A stretch of 58,998 nt of DNA from NCBI GenBank assembly GCA_964446155.1, contig CAYUNS010000001.1:1-58998 (forward strand). Direction: 5' to 3'. The stretch comes from an uncultured Tepidisphaeraceae bacterium. GTDB lineage: Bacteria > Planctomycetota > Phycisphaerae > Tepidisphaerales > Tepidisphaeraceae. Positions within the stretch are counted from its first letter, which is position 1, and each line of letters begins with the position of its first letter. The position numbers and the translations under genes were made by a program. Under the pieces are notes generated by a model. It was not told where the DNA came from. It worked only from the letters and a program-made list of their open reading frames with translations, and searched no databases. Positions 36,218-44,092 of the stretch are shown here, piece by piece.

Positions 36218-36248
36218 GGGATGTTTTCCTGAACGAAGGAGAGCGAGG

Positions 36249-36929
36249 CTACTTCAGTTCCACGGTCCAGTAGGCGTTGTCGAGGAACTGCTTCCAGCTT
36301 TGGTAGCGTTCGTCGGCGAGGCGGATGTTGATGACGGGGGATCGCCGGGGCTTGACGGGCTTGGTGATGAGGTGCATGTGGGCCTGCTCGGGGGTTCGGC
36401 CGCCTTTTTTGACGTTGCATTTGACGCAGCAGCAGACGATGTTGGTCCAACTGCTTCGACCGCCCTGGCTTTTGGGGACGACGTGATCGAGCGAGAGTTC
36501 GGTCGTTGGAAATCGCCGGCCGCAATACTGGCATTTGCTGCCGTCGCGGGCATAGATGTTGCGGCGGTTGAACTTCACGTCCTGCCGGGGGAGCTTGTCA
36601 TATCCGAACAGGCGGATGATGCGCGGGACCGCGATCTGGAATCGTACGGTGTGGATCCAGTCGTAGTCGTCAGGCTCGAACTCGGCCTTGAGGGTGGAGA
36701 TTTCCCGCCAGCCCTCGAAATCGAAGTTTTGCCATTTGGATTGTCCGGCCGAGTCGGTCTCGATGTGGACAACTTCGGCGAGATCGCGGCAGAGCAGCGA
36801 GAAGGCCCGGCGGACATTGACGACGCGAATCGCCTGGTAGTACTTGTTGAGAACAAGGACGTTGGCACTGAGGGCGGCGACGGCCGCGCCGCTGGTGTGC
36901 AGGGAGGATGGATGCGCGTCAAATTGCAT
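36249..36929 (-). CDS. HNH endonuclease family protein (McrA-like, two CxxC pairs)
   Basis: RNIYARDGSKCQYCGRRFPTTELSLDHVVPKSQGGRSSWTNIVCCCVKCNVKKGGRTP is an HNH/zinc-finger motif. The N-terminal ~110 aa (VLVLNKYYQAIRVVNVRRAFSLL) resemble a conserved accessory domain of this stand-alone family. Confidence 0.8.
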   Translation of the reverse strand: MQFDAHPSSLHTSGAAVAALSANVLVLNKYYQAIRVVNVRRAFSLLCRDLAEVVHIETDSAGQSKWQNFDFEGWREISTLKAEFEPDDYDWIHTVRFQIAVPRIIRLFGYDKLPRQDVKFNRRNIYARDGSKCQYCGRRFPTTELSLDHVVPKSQGGRSSWTNIVCCCVKCNVKKGGRTPEQAHMHLITKPVKPRRSPVINIRLADERYQSWKQFLDNAYWTVELK

Positions 36930-37239
36930 GGCTCGCCGAACTGGACCTCGAGTACGGGTGAGTACGCTTTGTCAGTCTTGCAGCCTGATCCGATGACACC
37001 GGAGCGCCCGTGTGGCCGACTGGCGCCTTAGCCCCGAAACGCGAGAAGAATTGTACAAGCCCCGCAATGGAAAGGCCAGTGACGCCAACGGTCGAACGGC
37101 AGGGTCCATGCGCCAGGCAGTCGATAAGCGGGGACGCCTGGGAGGGAGAACACCCTTTCGCGCCACTTTTTCTTTTCTTCCTGCAACTTTGTGCGGAACG
37201 GGGCATAAATAGAAAGGGTCACGGGGGATGGGAGTCGAT

Positions 37240-38079
37240 ATGCGCATCGTTCCGATTTGTCTCGCGATTCTGTTGAGCATGGCGGCGGGGGTGGAAGGGG
37301 CGCCGCGCGGATCGGTGAAGGCGAAGCTGGTTTCCGATATTGCCACGGTCAAGCCCGGTGAGGCGTTTCATGTCGGGGTGGAGCTGGAGATCACGCCGGG
37401 ATGGCATGTGTATTGGACGAATCCGGGGGATTCGGGGCAATCGACGGAGGTGACGTTCGCACTGCCGGAGGGCTTCACGGTCGGGCAGGTGATGTATCCG
37501 GTTCCGACGATGTTTCTTCAGCCGGGCGATTTGGTGGGATATGGATATGAGGATCGCGTGCTGCTGCTGGCGAAGGTGACCCCTCCGAAGGAGGCGTTGC
37601 GGCCGGAGGAGGTGAAGGTGTCCGCGTCGGCGTCGTGGCTGGTGTGCAAGGAGGTTTGCATACCGGGGAGCGCGGCATTGTCGGCGTCGCTTCAGGAACT
37701 CGCGGTGGACGAGGCGTCGTCATCGGCCATCCAGCGGACGCTTCAACGGATACCCGTCAAGCCGGCCGACGCGCCGGCGACGGTCCGCTTCGACGGCGGA
37801 CTTGCGCCCGACGCGCGCGAAGGCGTCCATACCATCCGGATGGATTGGAAGGAGCCGGTGGCCAATGTCGCCTTTTATCCCGGCGTGGACGAGGTGCTGG
37901 CGATCGGCGATGTACGGACGAGCCTGGAGGGACGGACGGCGACCATCACCTTCAACGTCGAGGTGTTCGCGGGAAAATCCATTTCGGCCGAGACACTGGA
38001 TTCGGTCGTTGCCTATGATGATGCCGATGGCGTCCGGCGGGGGATCGAATTGCCGGTCCCGCTGAAGACAAAAAAGTAA
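37240..38079 (+). CDS. secreted DsbD N-terminal-domain-like (thiol:disulfide interchange) protein
   Basis: ORF 37228..38079, ATG 37240. Signal peptide MRIVPICLAILLSMAAGVEG. Motifs PGWHVYWTNPGDSGQ and SWLVCKEVCIPG are typical of the DsbD-alpha/ScsB N-terminal domain. Confidence 0.65.
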   Translation: MRIVPICLAILLSMAAGVEGAPRGSVKAKLVSDIATVKPGEAFHVGVELEITPGWHVYWTNPGDSGQSTEVTFALPEGFTVGQVMYPVPTMFLQPGDLVGYGYEDRVLLLAKVTPPKEALRPEEVKVSASASWLVCKEVCIPGSAALSASLQELAVDEASSSAIQRTLQRIPVKPADAPATVRFDGGLAPDAREGVHTIRMDWKEPVANVAFYPGVDEVLAIGDVRTSLEGRTATITFNVEVFAGKSISAETLDSVVAYDDADGVRRGIELPVPLKTKK

Positions 38080-38147
38080 AAGTCGGGGAATAACCAGGGG
38101 ATGTCGCCCGTTTGTTACGGGACAAACACTAATCTGGAGGATCGGTC

Positions 38148-38756
38148 ATGCGAAAGAAATTGATTGGCGCCGTCGCCCTGGTGGCATTGGTCGCGGTGAT
38201 GCTGTCTCAGTCGGTCGCGGATGAGGCCAAATCATCGGCGGTGAAGATCGGCGACAAGGCGCCGGCGTTTTCACTGGCGAATCACAACGGCGAGCAGGTG
38301 AGCCTGTCGGATTACACCGGCAAGGTGGTCGTGCTGGAATGGTTCAACGAGGAATGCCCCTATGTGGTCCGTCACTACAAGGCGAAGACGATGACGGACC
38401 TGGCGTCGCAGTACGCCGATCGCGACGTGGTGTGGCTGGCGATCAACTCGACCAGCGGCAAGGACAACGTCGCCAACGCCAAAATCGCCGGTGAATGGTC
38501 GATTCCGTATCCGATTCTGAACGACGCCACCGGCCAGGTCGGCCGTCAGTTCGGCGCGAAGACCACGCCGCACATGTACATCATCGACAAGGATGGCGTG
38601 GTGCGCTACATGGGTGGGATCGACAACGATCAGCGCGGCAACAAGTCGGATCGCGTGAATTATGTGCAGAAGGCGCTGGACGAAGTCCTCGCCGGCCAGA
38701 GCGTCAGCGAACCGCAGACGAAGGAATACGGTTGCAGCGTGAAGTACGCGAAATAA
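38148..38756 (+). CDS. secreted thioredoxin-fold redoxin (AhpC/TSA-TlpA-like)
   Basis: Signal peptide MRKKLIGAVALVALVAVMLSQSVA. GDKAPAFSLANHNGEQVSLSDYTGKVVVLEWFNEECPYV, TPHMYIIDKDG, and a C-terminal YGCSVKY. Confidence 0.8.
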   Translation: MRKKLIGAVALVALVAVMLSQSVADEAKSSAVKIGDKAPAFSLANHNGEQVSLSDYTGKVVVLEWFNEECPYVVRHYKAKTMTDLASQYADRDVVWLAINSTSGKDNVANAKIAGEWSIPYPILNDATGQVGRQFGAKTTPHMYIIDKDGVVRYMGGIDNDQRGNKSDRVNYVQKALDEVLAGQSVSEPQTKEYGCSVKYAK

Positions 38757-38786
38757 TCGCGGATCATGCTTTGAGGAGATTCATCA

Positions 38787-38818
38787 GGCCCCGGATCGGT
38801 TGATCCGGGGCCTTTTTG
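38787..38818 (+). terminator. rho-independent terminator
   Basis: GGCCCCGGATC (38787-38797), GGTT loop, GATCCGGGGCC (38802-38812), then TTTTTG. It starts 31 nt after the redoxin stop codon (38754-38756). Confidence 0.8.
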
Positions 38819-38922
38819 CTGGTCGTCGGGAAGTTCCGATCTTCGCGAAACGGCGAGAGCGCTTGGCATTGGAGGCCGGCTTCCATACAACATGGGCAAC
38901 TCAATCACAGGAACGCCTTTCA

Positions 38923-39525
38923 ATGACCGATCAGCCGCCAGGGCCTCCGCCGGAGCCGTCATATGTTCAACCGGGATACACCGCGCCGCCGCCGAAGCCG
39001 AGACCGACTTCGGTGACGGTGTTGAGCATCATCGGGATCATCTTCGGCACGCTGGGAACCCTCGGTGGATTCTGCGGGTTCGCCCAATTGTTGATAACGC
39101 CCGAGACCGCGGAACTGATCCCGATGGCGAAGGCGCTCGGTGAGCACGGGTTTCTGCGGTTGTATCATCCTGTTTCGATGATGATCAACTGGGTGTTGTC
39201 GGGGGTGCTGCTGGCGGGGAGCATCGGCTCGGTTTCACTCAAGCCCTGGGCGTGGAGCGCGATGCTGCGATATGCGTGGGCGTCGGTGTTGGTGGGGGTG
39301 ATCGCGACGGTGGTGTTGCTGGTGGTGGTCGTTCCGGTCATTTTGCCGTTCATGGACTCCTCCGATCCGTCCGAGCAGGCCGCCGCCTGGGGCGCGATCA
39401 GGCGAAACCTGATGGGGATTGTGGTCGCATTGGTCTACGCGCTCGCCGTGCTGGTTGTTTATCGCAAGCCGCGGGTGGTCGAGGCGTTCGCCGGAAGCGG
39501 TCCCCCTTCGCCCGCCCGGGCATGA
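38923..39525 (+). CDS. hypothetical membrane protein (Pro-rich N-terminus, about 4 TM helices)
   Basis: ORF 38800..39525. The part upstream of ATG 38923 spans the terminator and so is non-coding. MTDQPPGPPPEPSYVQPGYTAPPPKPRP, then helices VLSIIGIIFGTLGTLGGFCGF, VLSGVLLAGSIGSV, VLVGVIATVVLLVVVVPVILPF and GIVVALVYALAVLVVY. Confidence 0.55.
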   Translation: MTDQPPGPPPEPSYVQPGYTAPPPKPRPTSVTVLSIIGIIFGTLGTLGGFCGFAQLLITPETAELIPMAKALGEHGFLRLYHPVSMMINWVLSGVLLAGSIGSVSLKPWAWSAMLRYAWASVLVGVIATVVLLVVVVPVILPFMDSSDPSEQAAAWGAIRRNLMGIVVALVYALAVLVVYRKPRVVEAFAGSGPPSPARA

Positions 39526-39541
39526 TCGGGGCGAACCGCGG

Positions 39542-40579
39542 TCATTTCTGCTTGCCCATGATGAGCAGGGCGATGGTGAGGGTTTGCAGCATCAGTGCGA
39601 GCAGCAGCGTTGACTGGAGCGCGGCCGATTGGTCGCGTTGCAGATAAGCCACGAACAGCGCCGCCAGCGCGAGCACCTGGACGATGCCGGCAAGCAGCCG
39701 GCTGACCGAGAAATCGGAGACGGCGTGCTGATCGCGCCGCCGGGTGTCGTCGATGAGTTGCCGGAGCAGCGATTCAACCCTGGTGAGATCAACCCTTGGC
39801 GAGGCCGGGGAATCGGCGATGGCGGGGCTGTCGGGAGCGGCGGGCGGGATGGTCGATCGAAGGTCGGATCGCGCGGGGGCGGATGAATCGTCGGCGTCAT
39901 CGTCATCATCAAAGGAATCGTCCGGATCGGGCGCGGTGTTGACGGCAGCGGGCGTGGGAGGATCGTCGCGATGCCGTTCGATGCGGTCGATGGCCTGGCC
40001 GAGGGTGGGGACTTCAAAATCCGGCGCGACCCGCCGGGGCGCGTGGGCGGCGGGGGACAGGGGCAGGGCGGGGTCCAGAAAAAGAACGGTGCGGCAACCG
40101 GCGGCGTGACCGGCTTCGATGTCGCGCGGGGCGTCTCCGACGGCCCAGCTTTTCGAGAGATCGAGCGAGAGTTTTTCGGCGGCGCGGTGGATCATGCCGG
40201 GGCGAGGTTTGCGAAGCTCGCTGTCCCGGCGGTATTGCTCGATGACCCCTTCGGGGTGAAACGGGCAATACTCGTGGTGATCGATGACGGCGGCGGGGTT
40301 TTGCTCGAGGAGCATCGCATCGAGGCGGGCGTTGACGGCCTGGACGGCGGCCTCGTCGAACAAGCCTCGCGCCACCCCGCTTTGATTGCTGAAGACCACC
40401 GTGACGTATCCCAAGGCCCGCGCCCGCGCGACGGCGTCGGCGGCGCCATCGACCAGCACCACCCGATCGGGGTCGCCCAGATATCCATCGCTGGCGATCA
40501 GGGTGTTGTCGCGATCGAAAAAGATCGCGGGGCGGCGGGGGATGGGCGCGGATGGCTCGGTCGCGGTCATTGTCCGCAT
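39542..40579 (-). CDS. gmhB: GmhB-like HAD-IIIA phosphatase (D-glycero-D-manno-heptose 1,7-bisphosphate phosphatase-like) with long C-terminal linker and 2-TM membrane anchor
   Basis: ORF 39542..40672, ATG 40579 or 40570. AIFFDRDNTLI (motif I), VVFSNQSGVARG (II), YCPFHPEG, LRKPRPGM (III) and WAVGDAPRDIEAGHAAG (IV). Then a Pro/Asp-rich tail and LLAGIVQVLALAALFVAYL / LLLALMLQTLTIALLIMG. Confidence 0.65.
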   Translation of the reverse strand: MRTMTATEPSAPIPRRPAIFFDRDNTLIASDGYLGDPDRVVLVDGAADAVARARALGYVTVVFSNQSGVARGLFDEAAVQAVNARLDAMLLEQNPAAVIDHHEYCPFHPEGVIEQYRRDSELRKPRPGMIHRAAEKLSLDLSKSWAVGDAPRDIEAGHAAGCRTVLFLDPALPLSPAAHAPRRVAPDFEVPTLGQAIDRIERHRDDPPTPAAVNTAPDPDDSFDDDDDADDSSAPARSDLRSTIPPAAPDSPAIADSPASPRVDLTRVESLLRQLIDDTRRRDQHAVSDFSVSRLLAGIVQVLALAALFVAYLQRDQSAALQSTLLLALMLQTLTIALLIMGKQK

Positions 40580-40662
40580 TATGCGGGCGGGAGGGGGATT
40601 GGCAATGACAGGAACATGAGCGGCAAGGCAAGCGGGGGCGGGCGAGGTGGGCACGAAAAGTG

Positions 40663-43428
40663 ATGGACGCATCGACGGTGCATGGCGCGGGAAGGGATGG
40701 ACTGTATCATACGCCCGATCTTATGGATGATGCAGCACAACAATCCGATGCCGCGACGGTGGACGCGGGGGATGCCGCGACGAAGGGTGCGGGAGCGAAG
40801 CGGAAGGGGGAGGCGCCCGCGCTGTCGCCGGCGATGCGGCAGTACCAGCAGTTCAAGCAGCAGTATCCCGATTATGTGCTGTTCTTTCGGATGGGGGATT
40901 TTTACGAGATGTTCTGGGAGGACGCGAAGGTCGCGGCCAAGTCGCTGGGGGTGGCGCTGACGAGCCGGAGCCGCGGCGGGCTGGACGCGGAGGATGCGAT
41001 CCCGATGGCGGGGGTGCCGTTTCATTCGGTCGAGAATTATCTGCGGAAGATGATCGCGGCGGGGCACAAGGTGGCGATTTGCGAGCAGATGGAAGACCCC
41101 GCGACGGCCAAGGGCGTGGTGCGGCGGGACGTGGTGCGGTTGATGACGCCGGGCACGTTGACGGACGATCCGCTGCTGGATGGCCGGAGTGACAATTATC
41201 TTGCGGCGGTGGCGACGGGGATCACGAAGCGCGACGGATACAGGACGGCGATGGCGTGGGTGGAATTGTCCACGGGCGCGTGCGTGGCGATGAGCGGGAC
41301 GCAGGGGCAGGTGATGGACGAGATCGCGCGGCTTCGACCGGCGGAGGTGGTGACGCCTGAACTGCCGTCGGGTCAGCCTCATGAAATCAGCAAGGCGATC
41401 GAGGCGGCGGGCGTCCAGGCGATCACGGTTCGGCCGGGGTGGCAGTTCACGCCGCACCACGCGCTCGAGCAGTTGCATCGACAATGGCGGACAAAGACGG
41501 CGGAGGGATTCGGATTCGCCGACGACGATCCGGCGGTGCTGGCGACAGGCGCGGTGCTGACCTATCTCGAAGAGACGCAGAAGATGGGCCTGGCGCACCT
41601 GCGGCCGCTGCGAAGACACGTGGTGGAGGACCATCTCAGCATCGATCCGGCAAGCTGGAGGAGCCTCGAGGTGGATCGGACGATCCGATCGGGAGGAACG
41701 GAAGGCTCGCTGCTGTCGGCGATCGATCGGACGCGCACACCGATGGGTGGAAGGCTGTTGCGGCAATGGCTGCGCACGCCGCTGTGCGACCTGGAGCACA
41801 TTACGGCGCGGCAGTCGGCGATCGCGGCGTTTCTGGAATCACCGCCGGAGATGAGAGCGGTGATCGAGGCGCTGGAAGGGGTATGCGACATCGAGCGGAT
41901 CATCGCGCGGATCTCGGTCGGCCGGGCAAGCCCGCGCGACCTGGCGGCGCTGTCGCGCTGCCTCGCGTCGATGCCGGGTCTGTTCGCGAAGCTCGAGGCG
42001 ATGCGGCATACGGAGGATGTCGCGCCCGAATTGCTGGCGATGCGCGGGTTCTGCGAAGAGCAGTCGGCGTTCCTCGCGTCGGCGATCCTGTCCGATCCCG
42101 CGCCGCATCTGCGCGAGGGGGGCGTGATCAACGGCGGGTTCGACGCCGAGCTGGATCGGCTGCGCGACATCGGCACGAACAGCCGACAATGGCTGGCGGA
42201 GTATCAGCGGCGATTGTCGACGGAATCCGGCATCGCGTCGCTGAAGGTCGGGTACAACAAGGTCTTCGGTTATTACATCGAGGTGACGGACGCGCACCGC
42301 GACAAGGTTCCGGACGGGTGGACGCGCAAGCAGACGATCAAGAACGCCGAACGCTACATCACCGCGGAACTGAAGGCGTTCGAGAACGAGGCGCTGGGCG
42401 CGCACGACCGGGCGGTGGCGTTGGAGCAATCGCTGTTCGAGAGGATTCGACAGACGCTGTTGCCGCATGTGGCGTCGTTCCAGGAACTGGCGCATGGACT
42501 GGCGAGGGTCGATGTGCTGGCGGCGATGGCGATGCTGGCCCACGAGCGGAAGTATTGCCGCCCGACGGTGGTGGAGGATCGCATCCTGGAGATCATCGAT
42601 GGGAGACATCCGGTGCTCGACGGGCAGCTCGGCGGCGAGTTCGTCGCGAACGACGCGCACTTCGGGGAGGCCGATTCGCTGAGCCTCATCACGGGTCCGA
42701 ACATGGCGGGCAAGAGCACCTACATCCGGCAGGTGGCGTTGATCGCGCTGCTGGCGCAGGTGGGCAGCTATGTGCCGGCGAAGCGCGCGACGGTGGGGAT
42801 CGTCGATCGGCTCTTCACCCGCATCGGCGCGAGCGACGAGCTGCACAGTGGGCAATCGACGTTCATGGTGGAGATGACCGAGACCGCGAACATTCTCAAC
42901 AACGCCACGGAGAGGAGCCTGGTCATCCTCGACGAGATCGGGCGCGGCACGAGCACGCTGGACGGGCTGAGCCTGGCGTGGGCGATCGCCGAGCACATCG
43001 CGGCGAATGTGCGGTGCAGGACCTTGTTCGCGACGCATTACCATGAGCTGACGGATTTGGCCATGCGGTTCAAGGGGGTGAAGAACCTGAACGTGTCGGT
43101 GCGCGAATGGGAGGACCAGGTGATCTTCCTGCATCGGATCGTGGAAGGCGGAACGGATCGGAGCTATGGCATCCACGTCGCGCGACTGGCGGGCGTGCCG
43201 AAGGGGGTGCTGGACCGGGCAAGGCAGCTCCTGGGGGAGCTGGCGGTGCAGCATGTGGGACACGGCAAGGCGATCCGAAACCGGCGCGAGGACGATCAGC
43301 AGATGGAGCTGTTCGCCGATCCGTCGAAGGAGCTTCGCAGGGAACTGGCGGGGCTGGACCTGGACGGCCTGACGCCGATGGCGGCGTTCGATGTGCTGAG
43401 GAAATGGAAAGAGGCGTTTGGGAAATAG
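40663..43428 (+). CDS. mutS: DNA mismatch repair protein MutS
   Basis: SPAMRQYQQFKQQYPDYVLFFRMGDFYEMFWEDA, the Walker A motif ITGPNMAGKSTYIRQ, LVILDEIGRGTSTLDGLSLA and FATHYHELT. The N-terminal ~55 aa are poorly conserved, so the start is uncertain (GTG 40660, ATG 40663 or ATG 40723). Confidence 0.92.
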   Translation: MDASTVHGAGRDGLYHTPDLMDDAAQQSDAATVDAGDAATKGAGAKRKGEAPALSPAMRQYQQFKQQYPDYVLFFRMGDFYEMFWEDAKVAAKSLGVALTSRSRGGLDAEDAIPMAGVPFHSVENYLRKMIAAGHKVAICEQMEDPATAKGVVRRDVVRLMTPGTLTDDPLLDGRSDNYLAAVATGITKRDGYRTAMAWVELSTGACVAMSGTQGQVMDEIARLRPAEVVTPELPSGQPHEISKAIEAAGVQAITVRPGWQFTPHHALEQLHRQWRTKTAEGFGFADDDPAVLATGAVLTYLEETQKMGLAHLRPLRRHVVEDHLSIDPASWRSLEVDRTIRSGGTEGSLLSAIDRTRTPMGGRLLRQWLRTPLCDLEHITARQSAIAAFLESPPEMRAVIEALEGVCDIERIIARISVGRASPRDLAALSRCLASMPGLFAKLEAMRHTEDVAPELLAMRGFCEEQSAFLASAILSDPAPHLREGGVINGGFDAELDRLRDIGTNSRQWLAEYQRRLSTESGIASLKVGYNKVFGYYIEVTDAHRDKVPDGWTRKQTIKNAERYITAELKAFENEALGAHDRAVALEQSLFERIRQTLLPHVASFQELAHGLARVDVLAAMAMLAHERKYCRPTVVEDRILEIIDGRHPVLDGQLGGEFVANDAHFGEADSLSLITGPNMAGKSTYIRQVALIALLAQVGSYVPAKRATVGIVDRLFTRIGASDELHSGQSTFMVEMTETANILNNATERSLVILDEIGRGTSTLDGLSLAWAIAEHIAANVRCRTLFATHYHELTDLAMRFKGVKNLNVSVREWEDQVIFLHRIVEGGTDRSYGIHVARLAGVPKGVLDRARQLLGELAVQHVGHGKAIRNRREDDQQMELFADPSKELRRELAGLDLDGLTPMAAFDVLRKWKEAFGK

Positions 43429-43530
43429 CATGGGACGTTTCGCGGGGCGCGGGCGTTTTGCCCGGTTCAGGGCATTTTTCACGTTGAGCGATTTCGAATT
43501 CCGGTTTGATAATGGGCCGGGAGGCCCACG

Positions 43531-44028
43531 ATGATCCAGACATCTTCAGGCGATCGGCACACGTCGTCGTATTATGCTTCGCAGCCGTGGCGGAAACGCG
43601 CGCGCGGTTCAGGGGGATGGGCGCGGTGGGTGCTATGGACGCCGCTGGTGATGGGAGGGATCGTCGCGGCGGCGATGGCGGCACGACGCAGACGCGCGCG
43701 CGACTGGCTGCGGCGATTCTTCGAGGAGTGGGATCCGTCGGTGGCGCCTCCGCGTCGACGGGTGGCTTCAGCGGGGCGCGAGTCGGCGATGAAGTCGGTG
43801 CGCGAGGCGATTCTGGGAAATACGAAGCGGACGATCGTCGCCGGCTTCGGCGCGCCGAAGGCGGCGGCGCGCGAGGGGACGGCGCTCGGGTCGGCGTCGT
43901 TCTGGCAGACGGACGTATGGTACTACCCGCTGGACCCGCGAAAGCGATCGATCATGGCGATCACGTTTCAGGACGGGGTGGCGAACGAGGTGGAATTCAT
44001 TCGGCCGGGCATGAAGGTGGAGAGATGA
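43531..44028 (+). CDS. hypothetical single-pass membrane protein
   Basis: GGGAGG lies 6 nt upstream of ATG 43531. One TM segment (WARWVLWTPLVMGGIVAAAMA) is followed by a small globular-looking domain (FWQTDVWYYPLDPRKRSIMAITFQDGVANEVEFI). G/C-rich third codon positions. Confidence 0.55.
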   Translation: MIQTSSGDRHTSSYYASQPWRKRARGSGGWARWVLWTPLVMGGIVAAAMAARRRRARDWLRRFFEEWDPSVAPPRRRVASAGRESAMKSVREAILGNTKRTIVAGFGAPKAAAREGTALGSASFWQTDVWYYPLDPRKRSIMAITFQDGVANEVEFIRPGMKVER

Positions 44029-44092
44029 GCGGAGCCTGCCCGGCATCTCCGCGCAAAGACGCCCCGCCGCGAGACGGGGCTGCCGAGGCGCG

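Noticed and set aside
35948-36232. 94-aa plus-strand ORF spanning the inverted repeat
   Set aside because: It overlaps DUF1294 out of frame and reads through the structured repeat. The translation (..NGSTNEHECSRIMKMEEWFSHFVKVRVHSWG) merely reflects the repeat.
36930-37239. 310-bp divergent spacer between the HNH and DsbD-like genes, inspected for an ncRNA (RNase P, SRP, tmRNA, cobalamin or c-di-GMP riboswitch) and for small ORFs (37010..37276, 37012..37212, 36972..37352-)
   Set aside because: I recognised no conserved RNA signature sequences, only short weak hairpins. The small ORFs have implausible composition. It cannot be excluded without an Rfam scan.
40579-43482. ORFs 40579..41799(-), 41439..43046(+) and 41839..43482(-), 406-547 aa
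   Set aside because: Shadows or alternative frames of mutS. They are extremely Arg-rich.
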